A stretch of 64,000 nucleotides of DNA. It comes from Monocercomonoides exilis PA203. Lineage: Eukaryota > Protista > Preaxostyla. Under the pieces are notes generated by a model. It was not told where the DNA came from. It saw nothing but the letters and a program-made list of their open reading frames with translations, and searched no databases. Numbering within the stretch: position 1 is the first letter of the stretch; each line of letters starts with the position of its first letter. The stretch covers positions 186,001 through 250,000 of the forward strand of contig LSRY02000054.1 in NCBI GenBank assembly GCA_001643675.2. The letters run 5' to 3'. The position numbers and the translations under genes are program-made. This document shows, piece by piece, positions 46,740 to 59,587 of the stretch.

Positions 46740-47136
46740 CAGTTTGTGCAAAAAATACCGGACATCGCAAAATATACCGGACAAGATCGATATCTCAACA
46801 ACCGCAAGAAGAAAAATTCTGATAATTTTCCTCAAAATATATCTCATTAATTCAAACTCATTAGATAAACGTGACTCTCAAAACTTCCTCGTTTATGTTC
46901 AGAAAAAATTAATGATTGAAATCACGGAGAAACTCAAAATACAGTTTCTCCGAAATATTAAAAATAAATTTCTCTGAGGACGAATGAAGCTATTTTGAAA
47001 ACCTTGTATATCAATTGAGTTTGCATTGATGAGATGAATATTGAGGAAAATTATCAGAATTTTTCTTCTTGCGGTTGTTGAGATATCGATCTTGTCCTGT
47101 ATATTTTGCGATGTCCGGTATTTTTTGCACAAACTG
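46740..47136. mobile_element. 397-bp Tc1/mariner-type foldback MITE
   Basis: TA|CAGTTTGTGC...GCACAAACTG|TA. About 95-bp nearly perfect TIRs containing a duplicated ATACCGGACA. The interior is also palindromic. Confidence 0.9.
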
Positions 47137-47236
47137 TACCATCGTTCAGAAACCCGGGTATTTTTCAAAAACCTGGTCTTTCTTTAAAAATTCATATATT
47201 GGTGATAATATTTGAAATCATAATTTTTTCGAGGTG

Positions 47237-47396
47237 TCAATTCGCAATAGAGCGAATCTATTAACGCAAAAAGCAAACCTGCTCCTAGATAATGAGTTTG
47301 ATCTTAAATTATGTGTGGTTTGAGTGAAAACTTCGCTTTCCCCAAAATGACGTGGAAAAAAGGGTTAGATGAATACAAAACAATAACATTTAAATT
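47237..47396 (+). mobile_element. Solo left terminus of the same DIRS family
   Basis: TCAATTCGCAATAGAGCGAATCTA matches the left end and ICR of the 22.8-kb element. The remainder matches the reverse complement of its right ITR (CCCAAAATGACGTGGAAAAAAGGG..AAAACAATAACATT). Confidence 0.82.
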
Positions 47397-47670
47397 GTAT
47401 AGGGTGGTTTTTTATCCGGAAAATTTTTTTTATCCAGACATTTTTTGATGTTGGCTTTTCTCATTACATACAAACTTGAAATAAAAAAATCAAAACACAC
47501 CTGGTTTGCAAGCTAATTTAGTGTTAATTTAAAAATAATTATTTTTCAATTTTTGTTTTTGATAAGGATCTTGATATTTCAAAATTTGTTTTTGATCATT
47601 TGTTTTGTCCACTTTGGACTATCTTTCTTTTTTTGTTTATTTTTAACAGTAAGACCATGAAACATACATA

Positions 47671-47912
47671 TGTCTAAATTTTTTTGAAAAGTTCCATATA
47701 TTTAATTTTCAAATTAAATAAAAATTTCATTTTTTAATCAAATTTCTGTTCTCTCTCATGAAACTTCACAAAAATAAAGATTATACCCTTGTTAAGATTT
47801 TATTTTCTTGACAGGAAAATTTGGTGAGTGGGAACAGAAATTTGATTATAAAAAGAAATATTTTCTTTATTTGAAAACAAAACAAAAGGAACTTTTCAAA
47901 AAATTTTTGACA
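47671..47912. mobile_element. 242-bp MITE (family A) with TA duplication
   Basis: Collinear with 28618-28859 (TGAAACTTCAC, AAATTTGGTGAGTGG, AACAAAAGGAACTTTTCAAAAAA). TA on both sides. Confidence 0.88.
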
Positions 47913-49398
47913 TATAGAAGTTTTGCCGTTCTGAATATTATTTGTTTTTAACTATTTTTTCGATTGTTTTTTAGCATTTCACCGTTTTTATCAATAAATA
48001 TGAAAATTTCAAGTTTTCTGAATATTTATGTTACATATAAATTATATTCTTAAATTGGTTTGTAAATAAGATAAAAGCACATTGCAGTTTTAAATTTTTT
48101 GTTAGGGCTATCATTTTATCTAGACCTTTTTCTTTTTTTCCATGCTTTTAGCTTTACACAAGCTTGTTTAAAATATAAAATAGCCAGAAATGTTTGAAAT
48201 GTTCTTATTTTCTTATTCTGAAATATTTTTCGATAATTTCATATTTGACATAAAGATCGAGGATTATGATAATTTTATGTTTTGATCATTGACTTGCTGC
48301 TTTTCCAGTGTATATTTTTAATCGGAAGTTTTAAGCTTCCATTTCATAATACATCGTTTATTTTTTACATGATTTTGTTGTTTAAAACTTTTTTTTCTTG
48401 TTTTTTTAACACTTTTTCTCATTTCACACATTTTTTCAAAAAACACGATTTTAAGGACAAATATGAATTTGTTTTTAAATTTATTGAAATGATAAATAAA
48501 CATTATTAAAATAAAACGATTCTCGTATGTTAAAATAGTTATTTATTTGTATATGTTGATAATTAAAATAACAAAAAAATCATATGTACTTGCTTTTTAG
48601 TTAATATTCTTGAAAAGTTCTTTTTCATTTCAAAACTTAATACAAATAAACGATAATTAAGACTTTGTGTATTTTTTTCGTTTTTTTTAAAATTTGACAC
48701 AAACACTTGTTTATATAAAAAATCGTGTTTTAAACAAAAACAGTGAAATAAGAAAAAAAGGTCAAAAATTAAATTGAAAAAGTTAAAAACAAGTTATAAT
48801 AATAATATAGGAGTGTAGAATTATGATGTTGTGGCTTTTAACGTTTCATATAAAATATTCGCTTCAAAGCCAGCAAGTCTTTGATCTGGGTACTAAAATA
48901 AAAAAAATTTTAACAATTTTTTGTATATAAAATTTTTAAAATTATTTTCCACAGAATTCTGAAAAACAAAAATGTCTTGAAGTCTATTTATTTTGTTTTT
49001 GTTTTAAGCCTTTTTACAAATCAAAAAAGCAAAAATAAGTTTCAAAAAAATAGGGTTGAGATAAAATTTTAAGGTCAAGATATAATTTGCACCCTATATT
49101 TGATTGAATCAAAAATGAAATGAGCAAAAATTATAGAATCAAGAATTGATTGATACAACTGCTGCAACAATATTTCGCAAAGTTTTTACCAAATGAAGAC
49201 ATAGTACAAGTATTTTTCTTTTCATACGCATCACTTTAAATATCAAATAAACAATGAATCGCTCAGAAATTTCAGTTTTTCAAATTATTTGAAGAAAATA
49301 ATGAAATGTGAAAAACAATCGAAAAAATATGGAAAAAAAACGTCAAACAATTAGAATAATAAATGTTCAATTCGCATTCTTCATAAATAATATATATA

Positions 49399-49640
49399 TG
49401 GATAATTCTTTTTGAAAAGTCGCAAATGTTTAATTTTCAAATAAATCAAAAATTTCATATTTTGTTCAAATTTCTGTTTGCATGCACCATACTTTGCTGA
49501 CATGGAATCAAAATCTTGATAATGCTATTTAACACATTCCTGTGAAGTTGCATGAGCGGGAACCTAAATTTGATCAAGATATGAAATTTTTAATTTATTA
49601 GAAAATTAAACATTTGTGACTTTTCAAAAAGAATCACCCA
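49399..49640. mobile_element. 242-bp MITE, family-A relative in opposite orientation, inserted in (TA)n
   Basis: TIRs TGGATAATTCTTTTTGAAAAGTCGCAAATGTTTAATTTTC / GAAAATTAAACATTTGTGACTTTTCAAAAAGAATCACCCA. Confidence 0.82.
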
Positions 49641-50499
49641 TATATATAGGCCTATGCTACCGACAGACATTTTTTATACAACTCGACAACTCGACCGACA
49701 ATTTTGTAAAGTTTAATTTTTTATTATTTAGAAAATGTTTATTTTTGATGTTATTTTATTAATACAAAAAATATAAAATGAAATCTTTTTCTATATTTTT
49801 TGATTGATAAATATTAATAATTTAAAATGGATATGAATAATCATTGATTTTTTTTTCAAAAATCATTATTTTTATAATGGGTTATCGATAGATCTTTATT
49901 TGGATCTATCGAACGACAAAGATCAGTTGAGTTGAAAGATAAAAATGAAAATAAATGATTTTTTAACAATTGCAAATTATATTTATTATGACACTTTCAC
50001 TCACTTGAAGATTTCACTTTTTTTCATTTTTGAATCATGCTTGCTTTGATTTCTTATTTTGAAGTTTAATGATTTTGTTTAATTTCGTTAACAATTTTGT
50101 AATTTTCAAACAAGTCATTTTGTTCATCATTTGAAAGAGGAAATGGCGTTTTGAATATTTCAAACAATTCTTTTTTTTTCTTTTTGGTTTTGATTTTTAA
50201 TTCAAATTTAATCATCGTTTCAAAAATAACATTTTATTGTTGTGGCAATTCTATGAAACGATAAAGCGGTTAATTGTGGACAGTTATTATTCCTTATAAT
50301 TGTAAAAATATTTTGTTCAAAGTTCAAATTTGCACAAAACCGTATGATGCGATTCTTTTTCTAAAACATGAAACGGTGATAATATCAAAGTGAAGGAATA
50401 TTTTTTTTAAACACAAAAAGTGAATGAAACGAAGTTCAGAAAATTTCGTATTATCCAGAGAATGGAATGTCGCTCTATTGGAGAGTGTGCGAGATGGCA

Positions 50500-52992
50500 T
50501 GAATATTAGGAAACAACAATGGTGATGAAGGAGCAGATGGAGCTGCATGCGAAGCCGAAGAGGACAGTAGAAAAGAAGGTTGCTGAAATGAAAAAATAGT
50601 CTGATGGAGTGAAGAACATCTCATTTGTCGGAAAGAAATTGTTTGAAAGAAGAGAGAAAGCGAAAGGGGGAAGAACGAGAATGAGAAAAAGAGGAAGAAG
50701 AAACAAAAGATTAAAAAAAATCATGTGATGAAGAGGATGAAGTGGAAGAAGAAGAAGAAGAAGAAAAGAGGACGATGAAGTTAAAGTACTTTTTTGTTTG
50801 AGTTTTTTTCGATTGCTTTCGCGAAAGTTTACATTAACTTGGCTTGCTATATGCTTCACTATCATCTTTTTCTTTTTCTTCATCGCTTTCATCATCGTGA
50901 TTTTCATCATCATCATCATCATCATCATCTCGATCCTTCTTCTTCATCTTCCTCGTCTCCTTCCTCTTTTTTATCTCTCTCTCTCTCTCTCTCCGAACTC
51001 GCATCAAACAGCCTGAATTCATTCCACCAGACACACACTTTCCTCTTCACCTTGTCTGGAATTATCACTTTTGGCGCTTCATATTCAAATCTCCCCTCTT
51101 TCGAAGAGCAAAAAGAGCTGTCTGAAACAAGTGGGCGCTGAAAAGAGATCGGAATGAGCAGCTCAAATTCGAGCAGAAAATACAAAGTCAAAAATGAGTG
51201 CGGATAGCAAAAGCGAACAAAAGATGTTTTTTTTGGCTTTAGAAGGAGGGAAGTGATTGACAATGTTCATCTTTTTAGCGACTTTGCATTTCATCGAAGA
51301 AGCTTTCCCTTTTACAAGAAAATCGAAATAGGCTTTTCAGACAGCATTTTGTGGGTGTTGTGCACGAAGACATGAAGGATGGGGAAGAGGATAGTGAAAG
51401 ACTGATCATCTAAGGGGGAAAAAAAATTTATAAATAAACAAAAAAAAAAAATAAAAAACAAAAGCAAGTAGTTAATTAATTGATTAATTAATCATAATCA
51501 CTTCAAAAGCACAAACCGTTGTCTATCCCATTTTCTGCTAGTCTGATGAAATTCACTTTTGTTCTGATCTGTTCTTCGAGTGATGCATCCATCTTCACAC
51601 ACTCTCTCTCAAATTTCAGTGTCAGCGGTACAACTTCAATCGGATTCGCCAGGCGGTTTCCGAAGAAGAGAGGGCGCTGTGTCACAACTGCACGAAGAGC
51701 GCGATAACAAGAAGGGAAAAGAGAAAGAGAGAGGGTGCAAGAAGTTGAAATCTTGGTTCCTCTCTTTCGTCTGCTCCTTCTCTGTGATACTGGGCTGTTC
51801 GCAGAAGTCGCTCCGCTCCCAAAAACACTGGTCCAGCCAGGATGAACCAAGAAAGGGAACATATTTTGATTTTGACAGATCTTCATTCTCAATCTCTTCA
51901 CTCAGCGTTGCTTCCTCTTTTTCTTCTCCTTCTTCTCCTTCATCGACGTCATCAATGCTTTCATCCTCACCATCATCATCTTCTTCGTCTTCATTACAGT
52001 CTTCTTCTTCTTCATCTTCATCGTCATCTTCGTCGCTTCCCTCATATGAAATCCTTCCTTTTATCTTCGATTTCTTTCTCTTCAAATAAGAATTTGTTTT
52101 TTTCATCTGCCCACCCTTCTTCTTCTTCTTTTGAGTTGCTTACTTATTTTCATTGCTTTTTGATGTTTTCTGCTTCTGAATTTTTTCCTTTGTGAATGCG
52201 TCGATAATCCTCTGCTTCTCTCTCATTTCTTCTTTTTCTGATTCTTCCAGAACTGATTTTATCAGATTCAACGTCCGCTCCAAAATTAGAACTTGATGTG
52301 TTTTTTTTTGCTTTTGCGTGGCATCTTCTCTTTCTTTTCTGTTTTTTCCCTTTCAACTGGCTCGCCTTCATTTTCCCAGTTTTTTTGTTTTTCACTTGGC
52401 TTTTTGATGAAAGCTTGCCACTTCTTCCTTTTGGATTTCTGTCTTCTTCAAACTCTTCCATGTTTTCAGCTCCGCTTTCATCAGCATTTTGTTCTTCTGC
52501 TTTCTTTTTCTTTCGAGAAGGATCCAGTTCTGCTGGCTCTGCTTCAATGAAGTCTTTTTGCTCGAGCAATTCTTTCTTCATCGTTTGCTTCAAAATCACT
52601 CGATGCGCTGGAGATATGATACCCACATGCAACAAAGATTCATTACGCTCTTCGATGATTGTATATGAAGGCTAAACCTTGATGGGCTTTGTGAGCATCT
52701 TGCGAGGAATTAATGTGAAAGTTTGTTCTGATTCTTGCATATGAAGGAGATTGGCTGAAAAAACAAAAGAAACAATCATTTTTTGGACAAAAATGCAAAT
52801 TAGCAAAACAACAAACGTTGAACAATAAGATCTGTTTGCACAAATAGCACTCGTGGTGAACCATATGATAGCTTTTTTGTTTAATAATCGAATAAATAGA
52901 ATAAATCCAATAAGAAAAATATCAACACACTTTTTTTGTCTTCTTTGAATAAAAAAGGAAATATGCAAAAGTTTCAGCGTATGATCAGTCAT
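50500..52992 (-). CDS. Probable multi-exon or decayed gene for a Lys/Asp/Glu-rich protein of unknown function
   Basis: Chain of minus-strand ORFs (52150..52635, 51636..52106, 50925..51263, 50834..51034) with coding-like acidic and basic tracts. Exon structure not resolved. Confidence 0.35.
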
Positions 52993-54750
52993 TTCAGCAA
53001 AAAGCGAATAAACCTCTTCTCACAACGTCTTTTTGGCTATTGACAGACGCACTTCTACACGTTGATGCCTCTTGAAAAGAGAACAAATATGAGAAAAGAG
53101 AGAAATAAATGGAAGAATAAGAGGAAAAAGATGATGATGATAAAATTAAAGAAGAAAAAATCGTTAAAGGAGTTAGACAAAAAATTATTAAAAGAAATTT
53201 GTTCTTTTTTTTCCTCTTCTTCTCCTTCTTTCACACAGAAAACAATACAAAAAAAGAAAAAAAGAAAAAGATAAAGAAAAATATGCATTTTCTTTATTGT
53301 TTCGAAGAAAATGATTAAGATAAAAAACAATTCTTCTCAAAAACGATCGAAAGCATACGAAAGTCAATTTTCATCAGATTTTACTGAGGAAATGTTTGAG
53401 ATGCAAATGAAGGAAGATTTGAGGAAGAGGTGGAGGAGGAAGAGGAGAGTTGGGAGAATTGTGTTAGAAAAGAAAAGAAAGAGAGAAAGAGAGAGAGAAA
53501 GAAGGAGAAGAAAAGGAAGGAGAAGAAAAGGAAGAGAAGGAGGAGTAAGAAAAAGTTAAGGCATTTGTGATGCGAAAGATGGAGTTGTGGAATGCAATGC
53601 GAGATGCTGTGATGAAGTTGAATGAAATGGAAATTGAGTGTCAATGGAAGATGGCTGTGTTGTGGCAGGTGGAAGCAAAGGAACTGGTGAAATGGAAGAG
53701 GAAGAGGAGGAAGAAGAAGAATAGAAAAATTTTAATGCATGAGTTGTTTTTCTTCGAGCTATAATAAAAACAACGTTATAATTATCGCTATTTATCAAAT
53801 CCACATCAGCAGCACAGACATCTCAAAAAACTTCAATTCATAATCATTGCATTTTATAAAAAAACAACAATCTCTTTGATTCCTTTCATATATCTTCTCC
53901 AGTTTTTTCAAAAATTTCTCATTTGTTTTCAATACACATAAAATATAATTATTATTATGGATAAAAAAAAATAAAAATAAACAGTGAAGTTAAGGAAAGT
54001 CAGTAATATTCATGAATTGCAAAAGAAGGGAAAAAACAATCATTTTAATCGTTTCGACAGATGAATAATTTCTCGACCGACAAATTGCATGAAAAAAATG
54101 TGTCGCAGAGGCAAAGAGAAAATATTTCACTTCATGAGTTTCCACTGAAAAACAATGCTCTTTTTATTGACTTTTATATGTCAAAAAACACTATAAATAG
54201 CAGTCCATTTTTTTGCATTCGTGAAAAGTTGGAAAACTTGATGTTATTATTTCAACGATTCCTGCTTTCGGATCTGAATATCATCTTTTTTTTGAAATCT
54301 GAAAAAGTCTATTAATGTTTAATGTAACAAATTATTGTATTTTTTGCAAAAAACGCTTGAAAGTCTGTATTTTCCTCCACATAAATTTAACATCATCAAT
54401 AGTGTTTGTATTATTATTTTTTTCCCCATCTTTTTATTATTTGATTCAAAAAAGAATAATAATAATACGAACTGCTCTGTTTGGATGGCTTCTCAAATGA
54501 TATTGCCAATTACGTATTCATCTGAAAAATTGGTTGTGCAATATTGTGGTGTAAGATTTTCTTATTGTTTTTATCAAATGATGAAGAAATTTTGACGACT
54601 GATAAATTGGAAAAAGCATGGATCTTACTATGGTTTGAGAAAAAAAATTGTACCGAATTCTTAACTTTTTTAATCTTACAACAACTTTTTTTCGAGAATT
54701 ATTTGTATGATAATAATTAATCAGAAAAGGAATATCAATCAATGGACATA

Positions 54751-55006
54751 TGTGTGATTATTTCTAAAATCATTTTTTCTTTAATCAAAATTTTGGGTTT
54801 GAGTTCACTTATAATGCTGATAAAGGAACACTGAATAGTTTTAACACCTTTCAAAAATATTTTTTTCATGAATAAATTCTCAAACATTTTCATTCTGAAC
54901 AATAACAATTCATTTCTTCTTTCGAATAAATAAATCCTCTTCAGAGAAATTAAACTTTAAAAAAATCAACACTCCGAAAAAAGTTGTGATTCCAAAAATA
55001 ATCTTC
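54751..55006. mobile_element. About 256-bp MITE (family B)
   Basis: TA|TGTGTGATTATTT start. Internal GAACACTGAA, CCTTTCAAAA, CCTCTTC and CCGAAAAAAGTT match the reverse complement of 32705-32959. Confidence 0.7.
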
Positions 55007-55049
55007 TAAATGGATTTGTAATTTTTTTTTGTGATTTGAAACCAATTTT

Positions 55050-56155
55050 GTCACGATTATTCAATGAAAAAGAATCGCAATATTTGGTTTTTGAATACAT
55101 TGTTTTTGGAAAAATATTTAGTGGGAAAGATTCAGTGTTTAACATGTGCATCAAAAAGAGAGGAAATGCATCATATTGTAAATTCAAAAAATGCAGATCT
55201 TAAAAATCTTTGTTTTTAACATTGGTTTGCAAGCTTCATAAAATATGGTTAGAAAAGATTCTGCTGTTGATTTTTTGTTTCGACTTAGGGACACTAAACA
55301 AAACTGCAAAATATATTTTGGATTTATCATATGGAAGCATTGGTTGTTGGAACAGTATTTGTGGAGTCGCAAGGACGAAATTTTTGATCGAGCATTCAAT
55401 CATTTTTGGGGATTCTGGAATCATTGTCGAAATCGATGAAGCCATTATAAGGAGAAGAAAGTTCAAAAGAGTAACTCATAACGTCAGAAATGTGTTTTTG
55501 GAACCATTGAGAAGAAAATAAATGGAACAGTTCTGAAAAAAATTTTTGTATCGACAATTGAGAAAAAAATTACACTTGCTATCAATAATTCAACCAAACA
55601 TTTTTGCAAGAATCAACAATTATGAATGATGAATGGGCTCCCTTCTAAGCATTATCAGGTTTTGGCTATCAATATGAGATTGCTTCTCATGAAAAAAACT
55701 TTTGAGATCCAACGACAGAAGTTTGCACAAGTTCATTCGAAGGCATGTGGCACCGTATGAAATCATTTTTTCCAAATCAGGACTTCACCATAAGTTTCTT
55801 CAAGATTATTTCTCAAATTTTGTTAAAAAAAGTGCATGAAAAGTTGATAAGGTTCAATAAATCAAAGCGGTTCAAAACATTCGAACAATTTCAGAAAATT
55901 AAAGAAGATGAGAAAGATAATATTTTATTGGATGAAGATGATACGAACAACATATCCGCAGACATAGATTTATCAAGCAATGAAACGAATGGTGATCATT
56001 TTGGTGATGGTGGCAACTCTTTTGCAACTTGTAACTCACAAATATTTAAATTAGAATATTTATTTTTTTCTTTTTATCACTCATTTCGAATGATTCATCG
56101 TATTATTTTGAAAACAATGAATGACTTTAAAAAACATATTGTTCCAAAATTGTAA
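55050..56155 (+). pseudogene. Merlin / IS1595 (ISXO2-like) transposase relic
   Basis: GIIVEIDEAIIRRRKFKR (VEIDE at 55426-55440); TIMNDEWAPF*ALSGFGYQY..SHEKNF*DPTTEVCTSSFEGMWHRMK; Cys-rich N-terminal remnant. Stops and frameshifts. Confidence 0.8.
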
Positions 56156-56685
56156 TTATTTGTTAATTTTTTAATAGAAAAACTCGTACCCATTATATTA
56201 CACTTCACCTTTTTTTTTCACTGATTCTTCTTCAAATAATAAAGTTAAATAATTAGAAATAGCATCCATAATTTCAAGAATATCCTTTCAAATTTACAAA
56301 TCACCAAAAAAAGCGAACAAATGCAAAGTACAATTAAAACAACACAAAGCACACAATTTTTTCAAAAAGTCATTAAATACACTTACTTGTTACAACCTTG
56401 CTCTTTTAAATATTCACCAATAGACAAATAATGACGAAAATGCGAAAATCAAATTCAACCTTTTCATCTTATTTTTGACAGTTCCAAATGTTTCAATAAA
56501 ACAGCTCGATTCCGTTGCAAACACACTGATATAATTACTCACTAATTTCATTTTTCGCAAATAAAATACACTTCTTTCTCAATGAAATAAATTCCCTTCT
56601 CCATTTGTATGATTTCAAGAAATGCTCGACAAATCTCCTAAAATGCTCTCAATTGGAGGAAAGATTTCATTAAAGGAAGTGGGCT

Positions 56686-57705
56686 TCAAGCGGGGCATTT
56701 GTACACTTGGAATAGAAAAAGAAGGGGCAGTCTAGTTGTTTTTATCAAATAATAACAATAATAATAATAATAAGTCTATTTGAATAACGAATATTTTTTG
56801 AAACAAACCTCCGATAAATAACACAAATCCTTCTCTTTTATCAGCAATTCATAAGTCTTTTCCGTTGTGGGATCAAGTTCCTTTCGATATGACGCAACCG
56901 AAAACAATTCAAGTATAAGATTATTCAAATGATCCTGATAAATACGTTTATTTTATTATTCAAAATGAATTAACTCTTCATATTGTGAAATAAAAAAAAT
57001 TCAACAAACCTTAACAACTTCACTGATAAATCCATACATTGATGGAAGAATTCTCATTCCATTAGATTCTTCGACATCTTGTTGGATTTGCGAAAATTTT
57101 GACTTCAGCAAAATCGGTTCAATAATTGAATCAAATTGAAGAGTTTGAACTTTTTTTTTCTTTTCAAAAACTTCTTCATCATCTCGATCAACGTCTTCTA
57201 ACCTTTCTTTTTCTTCTTCAATTTTCCTTCGATTTTTTTCGTTCTGACGACGAAGTTCATTTCTTTCTTTTTGATCTTCTCTTTCCTTTTTTCTTTGCGC
57301 TCTTACAGCTTTAAACGCTTCTTTGACTGTTTTCAAAACGGAAATAGTGTATGATTCGATTTCCTTAATAACATCATGCGTAATAGCAATCTGAAGAATA
57401 TTTTATAATTTTAATCTCAAAAATAAACTTCAAATGAAAATTAAACTGCATACATCTTGCGTTTGTCCTGGTATTTGCTCGAACTGAAGCAGCAGTTGTA
57501 TAAGGATAAACGTTTCAGTTTCTTCGCCAACGATTGCTCCTATACTTCTCTCAAAATCTTCAATAGATATTCCACCGGCCCTATACTGTTGCACAATCTT
57601 AACAAGCATCTCCCCTGCTTCTCTTGTTAAATATGGACGTATTTTCTCAATGAACGAAGGTAATCGAAGTTCATCCGGAAAGGCAACCTGGTTTTGTTCC
57701 GACAT
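56686..57705 (-). CDS. TAF4-like protein (RST-like domain plus histone fold), 4 predicted exons
   Basis: Exons 57705-57454, 57390-57010, 56934-56809 and 56731-56686 with GT..AG introns. RST-like LPSFIEKIRPYL..QQYRAGGISIEDFERSIGAIVG. Histone-fold-like LLKSKFSQI..ISEVVKDHLNNLILELFSVASYR. Confidence 0.55.
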
Positions 57706-57838
57706 TAATTTGATCTTAAATATATATTTACAAAAAAACTGTAATTAATTTTTTTTTCATTTTAATTTTATTTATTAATTGAAGTTGCCAGGAAAGCTTA
57801 ATCACAAGCTGCTACTTACATTTTTTCTGTTCTAACAA

Positions 57839-59555
57839 ATGGCCTCTTCAATTTATCAAAACAGAGAGTCTAATTACAATATCATCCAAATAATTGGTGA
57901 AGGCTCTTTTGGAAAAGTGTTTCAAGTTTGGAATTATTAATTAGTTATATTCATTTTCAAACATATTATCATACGCTTTTTTTTCTATTTTGACAAGGCT
58001 CGACTTAAATACACTGGAAACATTGTTGCAATGAAATATATTTCAAAGTTTGGAACAAAATCAAAAGACACAAAACCATTAGCACAAGAAGTGGATGTTT
58101 TAAGATCATTATCACATGAGAATATTGTGAAATTTTTGGATTTTTTTGAAACGGATACAGATTTTGTGCTTGTTACTCCCTTTGCTCAAAGTGATCTTTC
58201 TAAATTGCTGGATGAAGATAAATCATTTTCAGAATCTGAAATTCGCTGGATTACCAAACAGCTAGTTTTTGCGCTGAAATATATTCACGAGAAGAATGTG
58301 ATTCACAGAGATTTGAAACCACAGAACATTCTTATTGACTCAACTGGAGTAATAAAATTGTGCGATTTCGGATTTGCGTGCATCATCGAGCAAAAAAACT
58401 CAAAAAAGCATTCAATCAAAGGAACCCCGCTGTATATGGCGCCAGAGATCGCCAACGAGCAGAAATACACCTGGAAAGCAGACCTGTGGTCGCTGGGGGC
58501 GCTTCTGTACGAGCTGTATGTGGGCGAGCCGCCATTCAAAGCCGACAACTTTGTGTCGCTGCAGCGCAAACTGAAAGAAGATGAGGTGCAATACCCAGCC
58601 ACGATGTCTCCCACCTTCACCTCCTTTCTAAAAGGGCTTCTCCAAAAGGACCCAGAGAACCGCTTCCAGTGGCCCGAGCTGCTGAACCACCAGTTTGTGG
58701 TGATGCCGACGGTGGGGCGGCACATGTTCACGAAATTCAATGCAGGGCAGAAGTTCCAGGAGCAGTTCAACGACCTGGACAACCACGTGCCCATCTTCCA
58801 CCAGGAGATCCAGCTGAGGGAGCCTGTCCTGTGGAGCCAGCAGGAGGCGACGCTGAATGCGAAGAGGCGGAAACTCCAGGAGTGGCTGAGCGAGCTGGCG
58901 AGGGAGAGGGGGAGAGGGAGAAGGGGAGGAGGAGGAGGAGGAGGAGGAAGGGAGAATGTACAGAGAGAGATGGGGAGTGAGTCAGAGGATGAGGAGGATG
59001 AGGAAGAAGAAGATGAGGAGGAGGAGGAGGAAGAAAGAGAAGGAGAGGAGGAAGAAGAGGAAGAAGAGGAAATGGGGGAGAGCGGGTCGGGTGTCTTTGG
59101 GAGAGAGAGAGAAATGCCAAAGGGAAGAGGAAGAGGAAGAAGAGGAGGAAAGGGAAGACGAGGAAGAAGAGAAGGGAAAGAAATGAGCGGGAAACGAGGG
59201 GAAGGCAGAGGGAGAAGAGGAAAAGGAAGGGGAGAAAGAGGAGGAGGAGGAGGAGGAGGAGGAGGAAGTTTGATAAGTGCGTCAGGTTCTTTGAGCACAT
59301 TTCCGCCTCGTCCTTCTTCTCCGCTTGTGTTCCCGTTGCCTGGAGGAAGGATGCAGATGGCACAGAAATTGGCATTTACTTTCTCGCCGTTTTTGACAAA
59401 GACGGAAGAAGAAGAAGATGATGATGAAGAGGACGATGAGGACGATGAGGAAGAGGAGGAGGAGGATGAGGAAATAGAAGAAGAGAGGGAAGAGCATATT
59501 GAGGAATTAAAAGAAGTTAAAGGAGGAGAAGGAGAAAAAGAAAAAGGAAAAATAG

Positions 59556-59587
<32 letters not shown>

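Noticed and set aside
46708-47168. Two similar ORFs on opposite strands
   Set aside because: A consequence of the palindromic MITE, not coding.
47402-49094. Non-autonomous element bounded by GGGTG...CACCC
   Set aside because: The ends match for only about 5 bp, and the right motif belongs to a local hairpin.
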